Assembly: GCF_001194135.2 (NCBI RefSeq)
Contig: NC_068996.1
Coordinates: 28,880,575-28,944,574, forward strand
Reading direction: 5' to 3'
DNA length: 64,000 nucleotides
From: Octopus bimaculoides
Taxonomy: Eukaryota
The position numbers and the translations under genes are program-made. Position 1 is the stretch's first letter. Each line of letters starts with the position of its first letter. The notes under the pieces were generated by a model, which saw nothing but the letters and a program-made list of their open reading frames with translations, did no database searches and was not told the origin of the DNA. Positions 26,401 to 36,700 of the stretch are shown here, piece after piece.

Positions 26401-27678
26401 GATCTCTGCACTGCTTGGCTTTCCCTCTTCTCCAGTCTTATTACCATAAGTGTCCTGAAATTGGATGAAAATGTGAGATGGTACAAAATATTTGTGAATG
26501 GTTTGTACATATAGAAGTTCAATGCATTATCTTTGGAAAGTTGTTGGTAATAAGATGCCTTTTCCAACTATTAACCTCATCTTAGCAATTTGTTTATGAA
26601 AATTTAGTTGATTCCATTAAGCATGTCATATTACAGGACTGAGTTATCTCTATTTTAAAGAGTAAGGAGTTAGTTGAAGGAGATCTGGCTTTATTATTGT
26701 ACATGAGAAAAGACTACATTGAAGCCTCATGACTAGTTTATGTAGTTGTAATTTTAAAGTTAATATGTTGTGGTTTAATGAGATACATTGAGAATATTGA
26801 AACATTGAGAAAGGTAACATGAATAGACAGAAAATCTCTTTCTGGCTCACACACTTGCAATTTTAAAGCATTCAAATTACTCTGTCAAATGTAATGCTTA
26901 CTCATTCACATTATTTTGAATTAATCATGACTTATCTTGTAGCTTTGAAATTTTGATGGCGTGATTATTTATTTTTAGAGTAACATTGTAGGATAAGGAA
27001 GATGCTGGATCTGGTCAGTTTGAACATAAATGGGCAGAATATTTGGGTTGGATATGGCCAGTTTAAATGCTAGGGTTAAGGGAGACTATAGCTGTTATAC
27101 TGAATAGGTCAAGAAACATAAAATAATGGTGATAAAGTGGAACCTTCAAGTAAAAGGTGAGTAGAAGTGGATGGAGGAAGAAGAGCCGGGTGCATGGGTG
27201 AGTAGCAGTTGCAAAAGTGAGTGGAAGAGTGAGAGAAGGAAATGGAAGGGGTGAATATAATGAATGAAGAACAAGTGTTCAGGGCTGATAAGTAGATGAA
27301 GCAGGGAATAAACCCAAAACTTATATTCTTATGTAGTAGTATATATATAAATCCCAGATTTTATTTAATTTGCTTTGCAGGAAGAACTGTTTCAATGAAG
27401 TTGCGTATTGTCCTTGCCTTCGAAACGCGGAGTAGATAAAACAGGGACAACTGATGAAGGGGTATACTCTTTATGTTGCATATCTTGTTTCTCTGTTTTT
27501 TTTTGTTGTTCGAAAAAAAGTTCGTTTTCTATGTTTTCGTTTCTTGTGTTTAACGTTTTTTTTATGTCCTGTACCCATATATGCATGTATATATACATAT
27601 ATATGTAGGTATGTACATATATGTATGGATATATGCATATATTTATATTATTATATGAGCGAACGCCATGCATCCTTT

Positions 27679-27720
<42 letters not shown>

Positions 27721-30700
27721 TAATTTGGATTGCATTATTAAATATGTCCTTCCTTATTTTTAAGAGAGTCATGTGTGATTTGAAAGAGATTTTAATTGGA
27801 TTTAAAAGAAAAAACATATTTACCAAATGGGGCACAAGTTTTGCAGGATTCATACTGGAAGAACAGCTTGCTGGGGCTGGAGGTGGAGGCAAAGTGACAT
27901 GTAATGGAGAATTTAACGGCAAGGCTCCAGAGCTTGGAGATAGTTCTAGAGATCTTCGCTGTTGGATTGTAGGTGAAGAACCTGCAGAATGGGTATGTGA
28001 TGTAGCTGTGAACGAGTGCCTCTTCTGCATTGCAGCAAGTGAAGAATTTGGTGGCAGTGGTGGTGCTGAAGTCGCAGCAGCTGCAGCAGAAGTACTCGAT
28101 GGTGGAGGAAGGGCTACACGCTGTTGTTGGTAGTGATACCATAGCTTCTGGAATTGTAAACTTTGACGAGCAGAAGGTGAGGGCGTAGATGTTGTCCTAC
28201 TGCTTCCAGCAGTACTTGAATTTCCTTCTGAGGAAGTAGACACTGAGCGACTGAGTTGTAAAAGTGGAGAAAAAAAGAAAACAAATTCTAAATGATGGAG
28301 AAAAACTGCAATGTTAATTTATTATGATGTTCATCATTATTTTAGTATCAGCTGTTTAACCCTGGTCAACCTTGATCTAGAAGACCTCTGATCAAAGATG
28401 TTCCAGTTATGACCCATCCATCTTATATTCAGATACAGTGGACATATTATCCTTATTATTGCTTAGCTTCAGGTTAGCCTAGTTTCAGCAGGCCTATGAC
28501 CAGAGGTGTTCTAACCATGACCATCCCACCTTTTATTCAACATAAGTAATTGGTTACTTGGTTTTTGTATTTGGTTTGCAAGATTCCTTATGTGAATTCG
28601 TATGTTGGAAGAAAAAATAAGAAATAAAAGAGTGGAAACTGAACCGGTGAATGTTACATATTAAGGTGTTAAGGCAGTGTGACTCTCCTCAGACACAACA
28701 AAGTAATTGGTTACTTACTTACTGAATAGCAGGATAGGCTATGACACATATAAATATCATATACTCTTATATCCAACATAGTAAATGTTCTATTGCAATT
28801 CAGTATAAGCAACTATAATAAACCCACGAATCAAATCAATTCTGTCAGTCATGTCTGAGTTGGTTGAAAGAGCATTTATAATTTCTGATATTATTTTAAC
28901 AGGGCAACTATTAATCCTTACATAAACTTTTTTTTTTAAATTCAGAATTTTGAGTCTCTATGGAATAAACTACTCTGTCAGTCATTAATATGAACTTACA
29001 AGCCAGCTTCTGCATAATCACTTGACCTGCAAGAAACAGCAGTCAAATCTACCTCAAAAGCCTACCATACCATTTTGGAAAGTATATATTAGATAAAGTA
29101 GCCTGGGTATAATATGCTTAAAAAAATGGGATGATCAGGAATGGTTTGCTTGACCAAAAGATGAACTGGGTTTAAACAAAATAAATAATTAGAAGATTGT
29201 CACTTATGCATCCATATATGTCAGTAATTGAAAGTGAGTAGTAATCATTTAATTTGATACCATGTACACATCCAAGAATAAAAGACCTGATGATGATTGA
29301 AGATCAAACCAAGCAAAATATAATGTAGATATCCTCCTCCTCATCATCATTTAACACCCGTTTTTCCATGCTGGCAAGGGTTGGACAGTTTGGCAGTAAT
29401 TGATGAGCCAGAGGGCTGTGTCAGACTCCAATGTCTGCTTTGGCAAGGTTTCTGCAACTTGATGCCCTTTTTACTTTTCATCACTAAAGATGAGGTTAAT
29501 AGTGTAAAAAACTGATTAATTGTATTCCTTAAGATACAAGTAAATGAGAAAGCTTCTACATTTTCATTCGACTTGAAAGAAATAACAACCAAATCTCAGT
29601 TAAATCACATCTTATTGTCACTAGAAAAAACTCAATAAATGATGTAGTAATAAATACATTGTACTTGAAAAATGTAAAAAAGACGGGATGGTCATGCTGG
29701 AATATCTATAATAACAAGTCCACTAAATCAGGATCAAGCAACAACAGAAATTAAGGACACATAACATTGAATATAAGGTACTTTTTAATACATTGTTTGA
29801 ACAAAAGCTGGAATGTTCAAGGTTAGAACATGCTTGATTATGAATAGGTCTGCTGAACCTAGACCTGGGGCTAAGCAACAACAAGAATTAAGGAAGGACA
29901 TACTAAAAATAATGTACAGAATCCTTGATTACACAGAGGTCTGCTGGATCAAGACTGACATAAGGAAAAACAACAACAAATAGGAGTTACCTGAGTTTTT
30001 ATATAAGAAAGTGACATCATTTTAAAATTTCCAGTAAAAGTAGGGTACCTACCTAGTTCTTGAAGAAACCAGAAGCTTTGCAGCCTCATTTAGCTGTCAA
30101 AAGAAAAAGAGTAAGGCAAGATGAAAATGATATAGATTACTGTCTCTTTCTTCTATTATTCCCTTCTCAACCACTCTCTCATTCCAACTACACTTTTCCC
30201 CACCCCACTGTATACATGCTTCTTTCAGCCCCTCTGGTTCACTCTTTTTTCTATTCACATTTGTGATTATGTTGCTCTGGACAAAAACACTGTTGAGTAG
30301 TGAGGATCTTTTAGCCTTAGTGGGCGCAAGGCAACTTCACTAGTGATGGTATCATGATAAAATGTACGAGTACGGAATGTAAGAAGTGGCTGGTGCTAGG
30401 AAGAGCATCCAGATGTAGAAACCATCCCCAAAATGAAATTTATGAGTGTCTGACTCGTGGAAAGCAGATGTAAAATGATAATGATGCATGAACACATAAT
30501 CATCACCACTGAATTTTCTACTGCCAGGTGCCCTTCCTGTTTACAAGTAAGGTAATACTTTCCAATGACCAATTATATCTTCATAGAAGACTCAAAACAA
30601 AGCACACCACTTGCTGACACACATTTACAACTATCACACAAAGACAAGGCATGGAGACAGCAACACAGACACATATATACAAATACACACACACACACAT

Positions 30701-33700
30701 ACAAACATACATGACAGGCATCTTTCAGTTTTCATCAATCAAATCCACTCACAAGGCTTTGTTCGACGTGGGTTATAGTAGGAGATATTTCTCCAAGGTG
30801 TTATGTAATAGAACTGAACCTGAAACCATGTGGTTGGGAAGCAAACTTCTTGCCACACAGCCTGTGCCTGTTCATAATGTGTGTGAAGGAGTAAGCATTT
30901 TAAATGGTTCAGCCAGTAGAAAAAAGCCCTTTGAGATGGGCAACATTGATGTCTTTGATGTCTAAACTGAATGACTGAAAAGACTAAAAAAGAGATAAGG
31001 AGAGAATTGATACAGTTCAGGGTTATGTGTGTGTGTGTGTATGTGTGTGTGTGTGTATGTGAGGAGATAGACTGAATGAAACGGTTAGTAGTGAGTCTAA
31101 ACTGTGAGATACAATATGAGTGATGAGTGGAAGAGATAGACTGGTGCACAGCTTAGGTAAAGGTTCTATGTAACTTGCTAGTTTAGAGGTGTAGAGTCCA
31201 TAGTAGAAGTCTTAGTGTTTTGGATAAAGTTTAGAATGCTTGTGTGTAACAATAGATGTTGGAGTATTCTGATATGGTTTTTACTTGAGCATTTTAGACA
31301 CTTGCCAACTGGATTATTTTCTGACCCTAAAAATAAAAGACTAATCTTTGGGGTGTGGCTTACAATATCTGTGGCTTACAAAAGTGTTAGAGGAACTGTT
31401 GCAGATGTGGGAGCAGTATCCACTATGGGATTTTATTCAATTTTTCCTTTTTTAACAAAGTTCAAGGTGCCATATTATAATGTACAACACATTTTATTTG
31501 CTACTCATACAATACCAGTGTTATCAGATCCATGTATTCTGTGTAAAATGAGAGAAAGAGAGAATATTATTTGTAGTTATTACCTCAACAAACGAAGTGG
31601 GAAAAATTCCAATTTTGTCTCCTCTTCTTCCTTCCAACCAGTTGTCATCAACTTTCCTAATTAACTGAAGTACTTCATCCTACAATAAATCAACAAGTAA
31701 GAAATTCACAAAAGTTTACTTTATCTTCAATAAAGTTAATAGAAATTTTTTTGTTTGTGAGCCTTTATGCATTCCTAGTATGTATATTAGTCATGTACTA
31801 AATAAATTATATATCAAATACCAGAGTTGATGTGAATGTCTCTGTCTAGTTACTTAGTCTGTTAAGATGATATAAAGCAAACCACACCCTATAGTCTTAA
31901 TAATATAGTTAGTTCCAAGGATACAATAAAATACACATATACTAAATAATACACAAACACACACACTAAGTCTTGAGTGGATTTGAACCAACAAAAAATC
32001 TTGAGTGGATTTGGTATATATATATATATCATCATTATCATCATCATCATCATTGTTTAACATCTAACTCCCATGCATGCATGGGTAAGATGGTTGACAG
32101 GAGCCGGCCAAGTAGAAGACTATCCCAGGCTACTGTGTTTGTTTTGATAGGGTTTTTATGGCTAGATGCCCTTCCTCTAACACCAACCACTCCACAGAGT
32201 GGACTAAGTGCTTTTTATGTGGCACTAGCACAGGCGAGGTAAGTTTTGGCATGATTTTTACAACTGGATGCCCTTTCAAATGCTAATCACTTTACAGTGT
32301 AGATTGGATGCTTTTGTGTGGCACCAGCACTGGTAGGGTCACCAGGTAACTTGCAAGATAAGGAATTTTGAGACAAGGGGCTTTGGAGGGGATCTTGTGT
32401 CAGCTGATGAAAGGTTAGAGAGCGACAGAGAAATAGAGAGGCAGAAACAGGAGGTACATGGTTATTTGACGAGAGAGAGGAGAAAGAGGGGAGAGGAAGA
32501 GAGTGAAAGAAAGGGGTACAAAAAATAGGACAGAAATAGATGTGATGGTAGAGTAAGGAAGAGAGAGATAAATTGTGGTAATAGTCAGAGCATGCCCTCA
32601 AGGTGTGGGGATCATAATATACATGGTCAGGTATTGCCAAGAAGGTGTGAGTAGGGTGTGGGGATTGCAGTGACTGGCGAAAACCTGGGTATAAAGATGG
32701 GGTGGGGGGGAAATCAGCAATAGAGTGAGCAGAGCAAGGAAAGGGAGTGGGAGACAATCATAGTTTATGAAGAGGAAACGTGAGGAAAAGAAAGATATAG
32801 TTGAAGAGAGATGTAGTTTGGTTTCTTGGGTAGGGTGTGTGAAAAGTTTATTGTTACATGTGGGTGGGACATAACACTTCTAGCACTCAGTTTTGCTGAT
32901 GTGGTGGGTCTTCTCTAGAACCTCATAATCCAAACATTTCAGTCCATTGTCATTTCCTCCATGAGCCCTAACATTCTGAAATCAGTCCTCACCATTTTAT
33001 GCCATATCTTCCTGGGTCTCCCTTTTCCACAGGTACCATCAACTTTCGGTGATAGGCATTTTTGTATACAGCTGTCTTTACTTATATGCATCACATGTCC
33101 AAACCAACACAGTCTCCTCTCCTGCATGCTACATTTAATCCCTTTAATGCCTAACTTTTTCACTCAACACAGTTAAATGAAACTTATTAGGGCAGTATTC
33201 TGCAGCTGGATGCCCCTCCTATTGTCAATCCTTGCTTTTCAAGTAAGATATCTTTTATTCCACTGGTCATTGCATGTTGAAACTACTGACATATTGTGTA
33301 TAGGAAACATAAACACACATCATCACCACTCAAGTGATATCAATGTAAAGACACACAAACATGTAGTTAATGTGTATGCAAACACACACACATGTACTTA
33401 TGTATGAATGCATGCATCTATATATTAATGTATGTATGTATATACAATACAACCTGGTATAATCTGGTATCTATCTCTCCACCCTGAATATTGAGGCCAG
33501 ATTTACCTCATGTTTATATGCTTTCACCACTGGTTGCACCATCATCATCATCATTTAACGTCTGTTGTCCAAGCTGGCATGGGTTGGATGGTTTGACCAG
33601 TGCTGGTAAGCTGGAAGTCTGCACCAGACTCCAGTCTGATTTGGCATGGTTTTCTATTGCTAGATGCCCTTCCTAACATCAACCACTCTGAGAGTGTAAT

Positions 33701-36700
33701 GGGTGCTTTTATGTGCCACCTGCATGGGTGCCATTTGTGAGACATCGCTATCTGCCATGACTGTAATTTTGCTTTAATAAGTCTTCTTGTCAAGCATGAC
33801 ATAATGCCAAAGGTCTCGGTCATTGCCTCTGTGAGGCCCAACTCTTGAAAGGAACTCAGTCACTGTGTCTCCCTGAGGCCCAATACTCGAAAGAAACTCA
33901 GCCACTTAACCTCTGTGAGGTCCAACACTTGAAATAAACTCAGCCACTTTGCCTCTGTGAGGCCCAATGCTTGAAAGGCGCTTGGCCACTTTGCCTTTGA
34001 CTTTTGTGAACTACATCTATCAACATTATAACATAATTCTAAGCCTCCAGAAACAGCTGACCAATGTGTCATAGCTTAATTTTTGTGTCTTTGTACTCTG
34101 TATATGTTTGCTCTGTTGATATATATCTCTATATTTATACATGAATATTTTCAGAATTTTCTCTCTATTTAAATGCATACCTGTACGTATATTTTATATA
34201 TTGAACCCAATTTTATATATCAAGCCATATCTGCTCATCTGGATCCCTCTTATAGCCACTCTTTACTCGGCAGACTTAGTCCTTGGTAAAGATTTTAGAG
34301 TGTAAGTTCAAATCATTTCAGCATAACTAGGTGTTTTCTATATTGAGCATCTCTGGATCTCATCTGTTGATTCTCTTTTCCTCTCTCTCTCTGTTTACAC
34401 ACACACACACACATAGATAAATAGATAGAGTGAAGACTAATCATAAACAGAAACTGAAGTCAAAGCACTCAAATGTGGAAAAGTTGCTGGAGAGGATGAA
34501 ATTTAGTCTGAGATGTTAAAAGCCTTAAATAGAGAAAGAATTCTCTGGCTAGCTCATGTATGTCAGACCTCTGGAAAGACACCAAAGCAATGGCAATCCA
34601 GAGTGATAATCCTAATTTTTAAAAAGGGAGATAAGGGAGAGAGTTCTAAATACAGGAGAATCTTCTTGGTGGATGTTGGATTTCAGCAGTGGTGTATTGT
34701 CACCTCTCCATTTCATAATTCTTATGAACTGGATTGATATGTGTACCAGTTGAGGAAGTAGAATTACAATCATCAGTGGGTGTAGGATTGTTTGGCTGAT
34801 ATTCACAGATGCCATGGTGCTACTAGGGTAATCAAAAGGTGATCTCCAGCATGCACTGAATGGGTTCACTGCTGAGTGCTCCAGTGGACTCTACATGTTA
34901 GGGGAACATCAATGAGTTGTTATAATGTGGATCCTCACCCACTTGTGTGTTGTTGCTGGCACTATAATATTCTTGTCTCCACTATTATCTTGTGGTGGTA
35001 TTCCACATCTTTGACTTGTATATTGTGCTATTGCTGATAGCTCTGCAAGACAACGTTGAAATGTCTATCTTGATGATAACTTGAACTTGTATATATCACG
35101 AAACTAGCACTGGCTCCAACTGAGAACTCACACAATGACTCTACTACTATTGACCTACTACAATGACTCACTGTCTGACTTTATAGTGGCTGCGTCATAC
35201 CACTTTGTCACGTGGGAAGGAATGTACCATTTTCAATACATCTCTCTTTTTAGTATTTTTTCTTTGGGAAGCAAATAATTTTATTTTACTTTATTCACCC
35301 TTCCTCCCTTTTTAGGGTTTTTTTTCAACTTAATATTTTTTGTTTTTGGTGTCTATTTGTAGGAACTCTGTGTTCTTCTTTTTCTTCCACTTGTACGCAT
35401 GGGTTCAACCACCTGTAATGGTTTTAGTACCTGGAATGTGTCATACAGCCATTCCATAGGTTCTTCCAATCTGTCTGGTTCATTTTCTATGAATCTCTTC
35501 TTCAATTGATTTCTGTGTCTTTATTCAATACCTTTTCTGCTCTTAATTCAATACATCATTTTTCCAACGTACTTTGTAATTTTGCCTTCTTCCCAGTACT
35601 GTTTTCCATTTTTATACAATCTCATGTATTCCTTATCACCAATTTTGAAAAATTTTGGATTGTCTTTTCTTTAATCGCCAGGCAACAGTTTATCAAAAAC
35701 TGATTTTACCTTCCTCATGAACATCAGTTCATCTGGTAAGCTTCCTGCTAGGTGTATTAGGGTTCAGTGTCACCCTGTATACCCTTAGGAATTGTTGCAG
35801 AGTGACTTTGTTTGTGGCTTCCTTATTTGCTTTTCTCAAAGCTCTTTTCAAAGTTTCCATTTGATCTGGGATGGTAAGCCACTATCGTTTTATGTTCTAC
35901 TGTGAACATTTCGCAGAATTTTCTAAATTCACTGGACACAAATTGTGTTCCATTATCAGATTCAATCACGTCTGGGATGCCAAATCTTGCAAATAATTCA
36001 TGCAAAAAATTTATTACCGTTGTGGAGGTTGGCCTTTTGCACTTAACAATTTCCAGCCTTTTTGTAAAATAGTCAACTACTACTAAATAGTAATAATCAT
36101 TTAATGGACCCGCAAAATCAATGTGTAGTCTTGTCCATAGACTTTTTACTTCTGGCCAAGGTTCCCATTTTTGAGTAGGTAATTTCACTGTCAGAGCACA
36201 TCCTCAGCAGCCTTTTACTACGTTTTTGACTTCCTTTCCATCTTTGGCCAATACACATAACTGCGCATAAGTGCTTTCATCCTTGTGATGTCTGGATGTC
36301 CAGTATGGAATTCTTTCAACATTCTTTTATGTAGTGTCTCAGGTATTACTACCCTTTGGCCATACATCAGTATGCCATTCCATGTTGAATATATGTTTAG
36401 GTCTTGTTGTTTTTTCTTACCAAACCTTATTTTGTTTTCTTTCGCTGACCACAGAATTTCTTTTGTTTTATTAATGAACTTGTCTTTTGATGTGTGTTGC
36501 TTTATCTCCTCCAGGGTTATTGGTAACTCTCGTACAATGCTGCACGTTAAGTGTTTAATTTCCCCTTTGGTTCTTAAGGCTGCTATTACTGTGTCCTCAA
36601 ATGGCTTGCTATTCTTGAATGAGTCTGGAGTTAGTTTATCCAGTTTAAATCTCTTGCACTCTCTGTTCACTCTACCCGCATATGTGATAAAGTCTTCATC

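Noticed and set aside
25331-26455. Several small AG...GT candidates (10, 29, 30, 44 nt) as the missing exon between exons 7 and 8
   Set aside because: Each has the wrong phase, an internal stop, or creates TGA/TAA at the junction with the SH3-3 exon.
27509-27532. Second GAAA downstream of CTGATGA as a conventional type I hammerhead partner
   Set aside because: No stem II or stem I complementarity in that arrangement; the upstream pairing is far stronger.
27392-27823. Continuation of the exon 7 ORF to 27392, including a phase-2 donor AGA|GTATAC near 27464 that would fix the frame
   Set aside because: It would run through a (TA)n microsatellite and a repeat element, which is implausible as coding. 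An open frame is common in such sequence.
27621-28133. 170-aa + strand ORF
   Set aside because: Antisense shadow of POSH exon 7 plus a (TA)n tract.
29690-29985. Degenerate tandem copies of a short motif (…GACCTGGGGCTAAGCAACAACAA) next to exon 6
   Set aside because: The same short dispersed repeat occurs at 24600-24660 and 28350-28530; no evidence for a specific role.
33840-33965. Hammerhead-like look of the 42-bp unit (CTGTGAG...CTCGAAAGGAACTC)
   Set aside because: The core lacks A6 (CUGUGA, not CUGAUGA), and stems I and II do not pair convincingly. Also not a CRISPR array: eukaryotic, no unique spacers, inside a SINE.
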